DNA from: Mobula hypostoma
Taxonomy: Eukaryota
DNA length: 64,000 nucleotides
Direction of reading: 5' to 3'
Assembly (NCBI RefSeq): GCF_963921235.1
Contig: NC_086097.1
Coordinates: 20,524,001 to 20,588,000 of the forward strand
The notes under the pieces were generated by a model. The model was not told where the DNA came from. It searched no databases and saw only the letters and a list, made by a program, of their open reading frames with translations. Made by a program: the position numbers and the translations under genes. Each line of letters begins with the position of its first letter. Positions within the stretch are counted from its first letter, which is position 1. This document shows positions 1-11,169 of this stretch, piece by piece.

Positions 1-1810
1 GATATCTTTGACTAGCTTATCTTCATATTTCTCTCCTTGTTTTTTTTGTTCAGTTGTCTTCTATTTGTTTTTAAAAGCTTCCCAATTCTCTAACTTCCCA
101 CTATTTTTTGCTTTATTGTATGCCCTCTTTGTTGCTTTTATGCTGTCTTTGACTTACCTTGCCAGCCACAATTGTCTCATTCTCCCTTTAGAATATTTCA
201 TCTTTCAATAGGTTTCAATAGATACATTTTATGTCAGAGAAATGTATACAATATACATCCCGAAATTCTTTTTCTTCACAAACATCCACAAAAACAGAGG
301 AGTGCCCCAAAGAATGAATGACAGTTAAATGTTAGAACCCCAAAGCTCCCCCCAGCTGCTCTCCCTCCCACGCACAAGCAGCAGCAAGGCAACGACCCCC
401 CTTCCCCAACAGCAAAAAAGATCTACACCTCCGACCGAGCACTCAAGTGTGTAGCAAAGCATCAATAAAGACACAGACACAGTACCCCAAAGACTACTCG
501 TTTAGCCAGTATTCCATACCAGAGGGTCTCTCTCTCCCTAATAAGGGGAAAAGAGATGTCCCCATTTCACAGCGAGAGAGGAGAGATAACAAAACAACTC
601 GCTGGTTTACGGTGTTAAAAGTCTGTACGTCGCTTTTTCCAATCTCAGATCTCTGGGCACACAGCCAGCAGCCAGCTCTCTGCTTCCGATCTTCCATGCA
701 CACCCATGACATAACAAGCGGCGGCACCGACCTCGAATCCACCCGCCTCCAGATCCATGAAAATCCGGCATCCTGAAGGCACACTAGTCTCCCAGGTTAA
801 TCCTTGGCATATTGAAATGCGGCCGGTTGTGATGCCCTGACAGCAGGTTCCATTTTCGTAAAGAACTGAAGTCAGCATGTAACTCCAGGTCAGGGTCTTT
901 AAAAGAACCCTGAAAAGGGAAAAAAAAGAGATATTAAAGATAAAAATAGAGCTGTTTTCGAAGATGCAAGCAAAGGAGATGCCATTAGGCGCCATCATCC
1001 TAAGCTCTGCCCTCCTGTCTTTGTGATTTATGTATCCTCCAACTTCTGAATTACCCCCAGAAACTCTAGCCATTACTGTTCTGCCATCATCCCTGCTAGT
1101 GTCCCCTACCATTCAACTTTGGCCACTCTCTCTCATGCCTCTGTAATACTCTTTACTCCATTGTAACACTGATACATCTGAGTTTATCTTCTCCCTCGCA
1201 AACTGCAGGGTGAATTCTATGATATTATGATAACTGTCTCCCAAGTGTTCGTTAATCTTAAGCTCCCTAATCAAACCCAATAGCCATTTTCAAATTGCCT
1301 TTCCCCTATTGGGCTGAACCACAAGATGCTCGAAAAAGCCATCTCAAAGACATTTTACAAATTCCCCCTCTTGGGATCCAGAACCAACCTAATTTTCACA
1401 ATCTTCCTCCACAGTGAACGCCCCCCTCCCCCATGAGTATCGTAACATTACCCTTATTACATGTCTTTTCTATTAACTGTTGTGACTCGTACCCCACATC
1501 CTGGCTACTGTTTGGGTGCCTGTATCTAACTCCCATCCTCGAAGTTTCTTAACTGTACCCACAAGGTTTCTATATCAACCGATTCTAAGTCAGTTCTTTC
1601 TAAGGCATTGATTTCACTTTTTACCAACAGAGCCAACCCAACCCCTCTGCCTCCCATCCTGACTGTCCTTTCAATACAAAGTGTATCTTGGATGTTAAGC
1701 TCCCAACCATGTCTCAGCCATGTGTCAGTGATGCCCAAAACATCATACTTGCCAATCTTTTAACTGCGCAACAAGGTTATCTACCTTATTTCATATACTG
1801 CGTGCATTCA
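1..1810 (-). mobile_element. CR1 LINE fragment (endonuclease/linker), interrupted at ~203-1015
   Basis: GITDTWL..GGRGVGLALLVK..IETLWVQLRN; homologous to 6560-6930. Confidence 0.8.
203..1015 (-). mobile_element. ~810-bp non-coding LINE-derived element inserted in CR1
   Basis: - strand starts GGAGGGCAGAGCTTAGGATGATGGCGCC and ends in a LINE-like tail with a short repeat (ttcaatag x2); no coding capacity. Confidence 0.55.
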
Positions 1811-3749
1811 AAATTAACACCTTCAGTTCTGTATTCATCACTCATTTTCAATTTTGCCCCACATGTTACACTTCAACTCTTCCCTCTGCTATTTTGTCGT
1901 ATCATCCTGCCAGTGCATTCTCAGTGTCTCACTGTATTGACTTGTATACCAACTCCCCATCCTCAGCTCTATCACTCCGGTTCCCATTGCCCCTGCCAAC
2001 TTACTTTAAACCCTCCCCAACAGCTCTAGCAAAACTGCTGACAAGGATGTTGGGTCCCCTTGGGTTCAGATGTAGCCCATCCCGTTTGTACCTTACCCAG
2101 GGGAGATCTCAGTGATCCAGAAATCTGGAATCCTGCTCCCTGTACCACTTCCTCAGTCACTCATTACTATCATCCTATTCCTGCCTTGACTACCACATGG
2201 TACTCTGAGTAATCCAGTGATTACTCCCTGGGAGGATGAGTGGCTTTCCCTAACTCCCTATACTCATCGTGCAGGACCTCTTCTCCCTTTCTGTCTATGT
2301 CATTTGTCCAATGTGCACCATGACCTCTGGCTGCTCACCCTCCCTCTTGAGAATCTTCTGCAGCTGCTCCGAGAAATCCTTGAGCCTGGTAACTAGGAGG
2401 CAAAATACAACATCCTGGCCCAAACTATCAAATCTCCATCACTAACGCTCTGCTCTGCCTGACTTTACCCTTCCCTGCTGAGCCTCAGAGTGAGCCACAG
2501 TGCCACTAGCCTGGCTGCTGCTGCTGTGCCCTGATAGGTCATCTCCACAGCTGTATCCAAAGGGGTACATTTGTTGCTGAGTGCAGTGGGCGTAGGGAAA
2601 CCCTGCACTGTTTAGAGTTCTATGGCATGGAAACAGCCCAACTTGTCCTTACCGACCATCATGCTCATCTATGCTAATCCCATTTGCCTGTTTTGCCCTT
2701 GTCTTTCTAAACTTTTCCTATCTATGTACCTCTCAAAATATCTTTTAAACTTTGTAGTTCTATCTGCTCTGTCACTTTCTCCGACTCCACAACCCCATCA
2801 CCCTGTGTGTGAAAGATTTACTCCTGATCTCCTTAAATCTCCATCACCCTAAACTTATTGACTCTGATTCGAGGCAACCCCACCATGGGTAACAGACTCT
2901 GACATAATCTATGCCTCTCATAATTTTGTATCCCTCTATCAGTTCAACTCTCAACCTCTTTCAGTCCAGGAAAAATAAGTACAGCCTCGGCCTCTCCAAT
3001 TACTCCTTATAAATAACCCCCTTCCTGTTTAATATAGCTTCTGTAGGAGCCATGCATCTGTTCTCTATCTGCATTGCATTCTGTGTTGTGTGTTTATTAT
3101 GGTAACTAATCACGAGTGGGGGAGAAAGAAGTATGTTACGTTTACACAGCTTGGGACTGGTGGATGTTGTATCTTTTGCTGACCGCTCAATAATGCTTGT
3201 TTACGCTTTCACAGGTACTTTTAAGTTTCTTTGGTTTCAAGGTTGTATGTTTGCTAATTGCTAATAAAGAATTGAATAAAGGGTTTGACTTTTGGAGCAA
3301 TCGTTGGAGCTGGGGGCGCTTCAAGCAAGAATAACAAGTCCGTGAGGTTGCAGGCAGAGGCAATTTTTTGGTTTTGGTTTGGTTTTGCCACTACAGCCTC
3401 TTTGAATGTAGGACCAGGGCACAGCCCTAGAAAATATTGTCCATTAACCATATCTGAGAAACAAGCTTTCAGCAAAGGGAGACATGGATGATTTAGCAGT
3501 CCAAATGACAGGAGGTTTGCAGATCAAGACCATTTATTGGGAAGATCAGTGATTGCATGTTCCATGCTGCATCATACTTGCCAAGCATTGATTTAAAATG
3601 TTTCTTGTGAAGTTTCTAAACCTCCTACATTTATTTTTAGACACACAACATAATCTGGAGATTGTGGGTGAAATCTTGATGTTTAATCATATACAGTATT
3701 GTAGACTGAAATTTACACAGATTGAATCAGATTTATTATCACTCACATT

Positions 3750-4152
3750 TTACTTACTGACTGCCCGTTGTGCTGCTGGTGTTTCGGGCAGCAGTGAAGG
3801 TCCTCCATCTCCAGTGGTGTTCAGAGCTTCCTTCCTTATGTCAGTAGCTTCCTCTTGGTTTTCACTACTGTCAGTCATTCAAGTCCTGGAAGGAGATTCA
3901 GGAATACCATTGCACTCAGATGTAGAAGGATACTTCATTGCTGTTTCCATAACAATTTTTTGACCAGTCAGGGTTGTTAACCCTGAGCTGAACCCCCAAA
4001 CCTGGAGGACCAGTGGACCACTCTTCGTCTGGCCTCTACCCTTTGACCTGTTTGGCTTGGGTGACTGACCAAGAGCCAAAGCACAAGGCCCTGATTAGAG
4101 CCAACATAGCTCTCCAGGTCATTGAGGCACGCAAGCCTCCAAACCCTACAGT
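3750..4152 (-). mobile_element. RTE-derived short non-autonomous element
   Basis: RTE 5'UTR-like sequence (gtcaaagggtagaggccagacg..gggttaacaaccctgac..aaaaattgtt) joined to a 3' end with a (TAAG)n-like tail. Confidence 0.6.
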
Positions 4153-4667
4153 AAGCTTATGGTCCTCCTGGAGGTTTATCACTCATAGATGACATTAAAT
4201 TTGTTGTTTTGCAGCAGCAGCTCTGGTTGCATTTCTGCCTGGAATGGAGTCTCCAATGTGCAGGATTGCAAGAGGCTGCAGAGGGCTGTAGACTCAGCCA
4301 GCTAATCACAAGCACTCCCCACCCCACCATCAAGGACGTCATCAAGAGGCGATCATCCCTCACGAAGCCACATCGACAGCAAGGACATGCCCTCTTCTCA
4401 TTACTACCATCAGGGAGGAGGTACGGGAGCCTGAAGCCTACAGTCAGTGATTCATAAACAATTTCTTTGCTCCTCCATCAATGGTCCATTAACACTCCCA
4501 TTTTATTTTGCACTATTTATTTGTCATTTATAGTAACTTTATGCCTTTGCACAATACAGCTGCTGCAAAATAACACATTTCATTTTACATATGTCACTGA
4601 TTTAAAAAATTGATTTTGTCACTCTGATTCTGACCAGAAAATTTATGTTCCTCTGATACTCAGGATA

Positions 4668-4956
4668 TTTATTTATTTATTGAGACACAGCATGGTGTGG
4701 GCCCTTCCTGCCCTTCGAGCCACACTGCCCAGCAATCCCCTGATTTAATCCTAACCTAATCATGGGACAATTTACACTGACCAATTAACCTATCAACCGG
4801 TACGTCTTTAGACTGTGGGAGGAAACCGGAGCACCCAGAGGAAACCCACGTTGTCACAGGGAGAACTTACAAACTCCCTAAAGGTAGCATTGGGAATTGA
4901 ACCCAGATTGGCTGTACTGTAGAGCATTGTGCTAACCACTATGCTACCGTGCTGCC
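4668..4956 (-). mobile_element. V-SINE
   Basis: Reverse complement of tRNA head and V domain (tgtgggaggaaaccggagcacccagaggaaaccc). Confidence 0.85.
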
Positions 4957-5153
4957 TTATTCCAAACAGCTTCATGGCCAATTAATTTTATATTAATTAT
5001 ATTTCAAGCAAAAAGGAAAGAATTATATTTTGAATCTTTAGTGTCCTCAGGAAACACCAAAATATTTTATCTCTTTGAACTGCAGTCAGCTAATTTCTAT
5101 GCAGCAAGACCCAGAAAAGTAAATGTCATAAATAACCAGATAATAATACTAAG

Positions 5154-5288
5154 CACGCAAACACGAGGAAATCTGCAGATGCTGGAATTTCAAGCAACAG
5201 ACATTAAAATTGCTGGTGAATGCAGCAGGCCAGGCAGCGTCTATAGGAAGAGATACAGTCGATGTTTCGGGCCGAGACCCTTCGTCAG
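5154..5288 (-). mobile_element. 135-bp hammerhead-bearing pLTR-derived insertion
   Basis: Flanked by direct repeat TAATACTAAG (5144-5153 / 5289-5298). Confidence 0.8.
5256..5288 (-). ncRNA. Hammerhead motif lacking the 5' strand of stem I
   Basis: Reverse complement reads CTGACGA AGGGTCTCGGCCC GAAA CA TC GACTG. Confidence 0.6.
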
Positions 5289-5523
5289 TAATACTAAGTA
5301 CAAGTTAGTACAAGGAAATTATTTCCTTTGGATCCACGAAATTAGATAACCGCTTTCTACCACTCCTGCTTGATTGACTGATATCTTCCAGAATTTTATA
5401 TTTTTGTTTGTGGAGATTGTAAAAGGAACAGAGACCAAACACAGCACTGAAAAGGACTCATCAGCCCACGATGTCCCTGCCAAGCAAGATGCCAGTCTAA
5501 TTTCAAAGTTCAAAGTACATATA

Positions 5524-5829
5524 TGAGGGGTGATTGATAAGTTCATAGCCTAAGGTAGAAGGGGGATGAGTTATACAGCTCTCGTTACATGCACGTGCAG
5601 TTCAACTCTTTGAGTGAAAATGCAGAAAGTTTGAAGTTTCTCCTCATCGCCTACTTTAGGCCACGAACTTATCAATCTGGAGGTCCAAGTCGCCGACTTC
5701 TACAAAGAAGTAATCCGTATGCTCCACGACTACTAGACTAAGTGTGTAAATGTAGGAAAAATAAATGTGCTAGGTTTTCTAAAATTGACTCCTTCTACCT
5801 GAGGCCACGAACTTATCCATCACCCCTCG
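5524..5829. mobile_element. Mariner-type MITE
   Basis: TIR (C/T)GAGGGGTGAT(T/G)GATAAGTT with TA flanks; a truncated copy lies at 10884-11145. Confidence 0.85.
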
Positions 5830-6039
5830 TATGTCACCATAAATTACCCTGAGATTCATTTTCTTGTGGGCATACTCAGCAAATCTATAGAATACCTGTA
5901 AGGAGTTTGTATGTTCTCCCCATGACCGTGTGGGTGCTCCCAGTTTCTTCCCACCGTCCAAAGACATACTGTTTGGTAGGTTAACTGGTCATAGTAAATT
6001 GTCCCATGATTCGGCTAGGATTAATGATCTTTCAGCCGG

Positions 6040-6932
6040 AGTCTTGAAAGATCATTACTAATAACTCTACAATCTCTCTATTTACCTCTTTCAGAACCCT
6101 GGGGTGTAGTCCATATGGTTCCAGGTGACTTATCTACCTTCAAAGTTCAAAGTACAGAGTATATATATATTATTACTTGTCTCCTTACAGGCAGCCACAA
6201 AAGAAGAAACTCAAAAGAACCCATTAAAAAAAGACCATCAAACACCCAATGCAAAAAAAACCACAAGTTGTGCAAACAATAAAAGCAAGATTCCCAAGCA
6301 CTTTCTCCTTAGTAATAGCAATGACACTCACTTCCGCCCCCTTTCACTCTTGCATTTCTGGCATACTGTTAATATCTTCTGCAGTGAAGACTGACACAAA
6401 AATACTTATTAGGTTCATGCACCATTTCTTTGTCTCCCAATATTACCTCCCTAACATCATTTTGCAGCAGTCCAATAATCACTCTTGCCTGTCTTTCACT
6501 CTTTATATATCTGAAAAAACTTTCATTATTCTCTTTTATATTATTGGGTAGCTTACCTTCATATTTCATCTTTTCTCTCCTTATAGCATTTTTAGTTGAC
6601 TTCTTTTGTTTTTTAATAGCTTCCCAATCCTCTAATTTCCCACTAATTTCTGCAATATCATATGCCCTCTGTTTTACTTCTATGCTATCTTTGACTTCCC
6701 TTGTCAGCCACAGTTGCCTCATCTTCTGTTTAGAATACTTATTTATCTTTGCAAAATATCTTTCCTGTGCCTTCCAAATTTCCCCAGAAACACCAGCCAT
6801 TCTTGTTCTGCCATCCCTGCTAGTCACCCCTTCTGATTAACTTTGGCCAGCTTCGCTCTCATGCCTCTGTAATACCCTTTACTCCATTGTAATACTGAAA
6901 AACCGATTTAGCTTCTCTTTCTCAAACTTCAG
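6040..6932 (-). mobile_element. CR1 LINE fragment
   Basis: WLTREVKDSI..SGKLEDWE..NIKENNESFFRYIKS. Confidence 0.85.
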
Positions 6933-7275
6933 GTTGCTGACGAAATATATCAACTCCTTCCTGAGACGTGACTTTGATCTGCTTCAATTTGCCTAACATC
7001 ACAGCAGATGCACTGGCTCTTCACTTAACCCTGGAACATCTGGACAGCAAAAATGCATACATTAGGATGCTCTTTGTCCATTACAGCTCGGCATTCAATA
7101 CCATCATCCCCTCAGAACTAATTAATAAGCTTCAAGATCTTGGTCTCATTCCTTCCTTGTGCAATTGTATCCTCGATTTCCTCACTTGCGGACCTCAGTC
7201 AGTTTGGATTTACAACATCCACTCCACAATTTCAAAGGGCTGATCTTGTGAACTAAACCAGCTATTGAGCTAAAC

Positions 7276-8006
7276 CAGCGGTCCCCAACCACCAGGCCGC
7301 AGAGCATGTGCTACCGGGCCGCGAGGAAACAATATGAGTAAGCTGCACCTTTCCTCACTCCCTGTCACGCACTGTTGAACTTGAACATAGGGTTGCCAAC
7401 TGTCCCGTACATGCCGGGACGTCCCGTATATTGGGCTAAATTGGTTTGTCCCGTATTTCCCCTGCTAAGGTAGAGCGTTCCTATGAAACCTTTTGTGCCG
7501 AAATGGTGTGAAGCGAAGAAGCAATTACTATTAATTTATATGGGAAAAATTTGTGAGCGTTCTGAGACCCAAAAAATAACCTAACAATTCATACCAAATA
7601 ACACATAAAACCGAAAATAAGTAACGCTAACATATAGTAAAAGCAGGAATGATATGATAAATACACAGCCTATATAAAGTAGAAATAATGTATGTACAGT
7701 ATAGTTGGGAAGATGAACGCAAAACCGATTTGTGGGGGAAAAAATCAGCATGTACGCGCATGCGCATACAGGTGCCCACGCAAGTCTTCATGGTCATGGT
7801 AGTCTTTCCTGGGGTAAAGTGTCCCGGGATTTGACTGCTACTTTTGTCCCTAATTTGGGAGTGAGAAAGTTGGCAACCCTAACTGTAAAAGACATGTTGA
7901 GGTGAGTTTAATCCTACTTGAACACGCCCCCCCCCCCAAGTCGGCTGGTCTGCAATACTGTCAATATTAAACCGGTCCGCGGTGCAAAAAAGGTTGGGGA
8001 CCCCTG
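7276..8006. mobile_element. Non-autonomous hAT element with an internal second TIR pair (7388-7881)
   Basis: TIR CAG(C/G)GGTCCCCAACC; 8-bp TSD AGCTAAAC/AGATAAAT; inner TAGGGTTGCCAAC...GTTGGCAACCCTA. Confidence 0.88.
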
Positions 8007-8009
8007 AGA

Positions 8010-8160
8010 TAAATAGTTACCCAAGCTGAATTTAGTTTCTTTGATACTGAGACCACATTTTGAACACCATACAAAACTTAATAAATTGGAAGAACTGTAA
8101 ATGAATTGCTCCTTCACCTGGAAGAACTGTTTGGCTTTTTGGAACAAGCTTTTCTTTTTC
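8010..8160 (-). mobile_element. Old Penelope GIY-YIG relic
   Basis: FQVKEQFIYSSSNLLSFVWCSKCGLSIKETKFSLGN resembles the PLE motif FTCxSxN(V/L)IYxIxCxxCxxxYIGET. Confidence 0.55.
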
Positions 8161-8191
8161 TCTAACTGCATACAAGATGACAAGAAGTGGT

Positions 8192-8797
8192 AGAGTGTAA
8201 AACTCTGGTTAGGCCACAACTGGAGTATTGCGTACTCTTCTGGTCACCCCACTATGGGAAGGATGTTGAGGCTCTGGAAAGGGTGCAGAAGAGGTTTACC
8301 AGGATGCTGCCTGGTTTAGAGGGCGTGTGCTATTGTGACAGGCTTGATAAACTTGGGTTGTTTTCTCTGGACAGGTGGAGGCTGAGGGGAGATCTGACAG
8401 ACATTTATAAGATTATGAGAGGCATATAGTAGATACAGTAGACAGGGAGTATCTGTTTCACAGTATTGAAATGTCTAATACCAAAGGGCATGCATTGAAG
8501 GTGAGAGGGGTAGGTTCAAAGGGGATGCAAGGGGTAGATTCAAAGGAGATGTGAGGGGTAAGTTTTTTTTTTACTCAGAGAGCCGTGGATGCCTGCTTGG
8601 TATGGTGGTAGAGGCAAAGACATTAAAGGCTTTGAAGGGACATTTCAATAGGCACATGGATGTTGGGAAGAGAGGGATGTGGACATTGTGTAGGTTCGTG
8701 GGATTAGTGTTTGGGTATTTTTGATTTGCTTTTTAGCTGGTTCGGTGCAACATTGTGGGCCGAATGGTCTGTTTCATTCCATACTGTTCTATGTTCT
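8192..8797 (+). mobile_element. CR1 LINE 3' end
   Basis: [38 protein letters not shown]. Confidence 0.9.
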
Positions 8798-9479
8798 AGA
8801 AAGTTGTGTAAGAAACTATCCCTTTGGAATAATGAAGTGGGAGCAGGGGAGGGGAAGACGAGTCCAGTGGCTGGTGGGGCAGAACCTTATACTTGTATGG
8901 GTTGGGGAGACAGAGGTGTGTGCAGCAATGCAGGAAATAAAAAGGTCAAATAGTGAGAGCCCTTGTTATGTTTTATAACTCCAACACTTTAAACTAATTG
9001 CAAGAAAAACACAAAGCTGGGAGATACTTCATGTACATTCCATTTTATTTTAAGCAAGGTGTGCACTCTGATATGGTGGTGTACAGACATTTGCCATTCA
9101 CGAGCTTTTACATATAATCCTCAATACATTATGTAAACAGCAACGAATGCTTAATCAAACAATATATTTACAATATTACCCAATTATTACTGATATATTA
9201 AATACGCAACCGCTCTGTCAACTGTTGAAGCCAGGTCAGAAAAAAAAGGAAGACATTTTTAAAACACCAGAAAGTCTCATCATCAGAGCGGATTATGTCT
9301 GAGAGAAAGTAGAGTTTCATGACGAAGAACATTGTAGGAGATGTAGTGAGATAACTAGAGAGTTCATTGTTCAAAGTAATTTTATTATCAGACTACATGA
9401 ATGTCACTACATACAACCACCAGATTCATTTTCTTGCAGGCATACTCAATAAATCCATAATAGATCTTATAAAATCTAT

Positions 9480-10626
9480 AAAACTCCACGTGGCCTTGAA
9501 TCACCTGGACAATACACATACCTATGTCAGTGTTTAGCAACACCATTCATATAGCCCTGATTGAAAAGCTAAAGAACTTGGGCCTCTGTTCCTCCCTCTG
9601 CAATTGGATCCTCAATTTCCGAACTGGAAGACCACAATCTGTGCAGATTTATGATAACATCGCCACCTCACTGACAATCAACACTAGTGCACTTCAAGGA
9701 TATGTTCTTAGCCCACTGCTCTACTCTACACCCATGACTGTACGGCTAGGAACAGCAGAAATGCCATCTATAAATTTGCTGACAATACAATCATTGTTGG
9801 CACAATCTCAGCTGGAGCCAAGAGGGTGTACAGGAGCGAGATATACCAGCTAGTGGAGTGGTGTCGCAGCAACTACCTTGCACTCAATGTCAGTAAGACC
9901 AAAGAGCAGATTGTGGACTTCAGAAAGGGTAAGATGAGGAAACACGTACCATTCCTCATCAAGTGGAGGGAGTGAGCAATTTTGAGTTCCTGAGTGTTAA
10001 TATCTCTGAGGACTGAATCCAGTCCCAACATATTGATGCAGCTATAAAAGAGGCAAGACAGCAGCTATATTTCATTAGGAGTTTGAGGAGATTTGGTTTG
10101 TCACCCAAAACACTTGAAAATTAATGCAGATGTACTGTGGAGAGCATTCTGACTGGCTGCATCATCATCTGGTGTGGTGGTGGTGGGGGGCACAGATCGT
10201 AGTAAGCTGCAGAGTTGTAAAATGAATCAGCTTCATCATGGGTACCAGCCTCTGTAGTATCCAGGACATCTTCAAGGAGTGGTGCTTCAAAAGGGTGGCG
10301 TCCATTATTAAGGACCCCCATCACCCAGGGCATCCCCCTTCTCATTGTTACCATCAGGGAGGAGGTACAGAAGCCTGAAGGCACACACTCAGTGATTCAG
10401 GAACAGCTTCCTCCCTTTTGCCATCTGATTCCTAAATGGACATTGAACCCTTGGACATTACCTCACTACTTTATTATTTATATTTTTGCACTACTTATTT
10501 AATTTAACTATATGATATACATATACATTTATATACTTACTGTAATTCACAGTTTTTGTTCTAAATATTTATGTATTGCATTTTATTTCTGCAACGAATG
10601 GACATGTTGGTGATATTAAACCTGAA
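9480..10626 (+). mobile_element. Rex1/Babar-type LINE 3' fragment
   Basis: LCNWILNF, QGYVLSPLLY; same 3' region as 12450-13580. Confidence 0.85.
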
Positions 10627-10883
10627 TAGAATTATAACCATAATAGACTCAGTGAAACATTGCACCTAATTGGGCATTCGACCAGTGTGCAAAAGACAGC
10701 AAGCTGTGTAAATACAAAAAGAAATAATAATAATAAATAAATAAGCAATAAATATCAAGAACGTGAGATGAAGAGTCCTTGGAAGTGAGTCCATAGGTTG
10801 TGGGAACATTTCAATGATGGGCGAAGTTAAACTGAGCTTACATATCCCCTTTGGTTCAAGAGCCTGATGGTTGAGGGGTAATA

Positions 10884-11145
10884 CGAGGGGTGATTGTTAA
10901 GTTTGTGGCCTAAGGTAGACGGAGTCAATTTTAGAAAACCTAGCACATTTATTTTTCAACATAGTCCCTCTCCTACATTTACACCTTAGTCCAGCAGTCG
11001 TGGTGCATACGGATCTTGGACCTCCAGAAAGTGTCCACAGCAGGGGTGAAGGATAAGTTCATGGGAGATGAGTTATACGGCTCTCTTTACATGCACATGC
11101 AGTTCAACTCTTTGAGTGATTATGCAGAAAGTTTGAAGTTAATAA
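10884..11145. mobile_element. Mariner-type MITE, truncated
   Basis: TA|CGAGGGGTGATTGTTAAGTTT; shares internal sequence with 5524-5829. Confidence 0.8.
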
Positions 11146-11169
11146 TTTAAAACTTACTGTATAATCACT

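Noticed and set aside
8505..8560. Direct repeat (gaggggtaggttcaaaggggatg-like, x2) as an array
   Set aside because: Local ~23-bp tandem duplication within a CR1 tail; no repeat-spacer structure. No CRISPR-like array anywhere in the window.
8964..9210. Possible short solo LTR (TGTT..CAAC)
   Set aside because: The 3' terminus is imperfect and there is no convincing TSD; not enough support to call.
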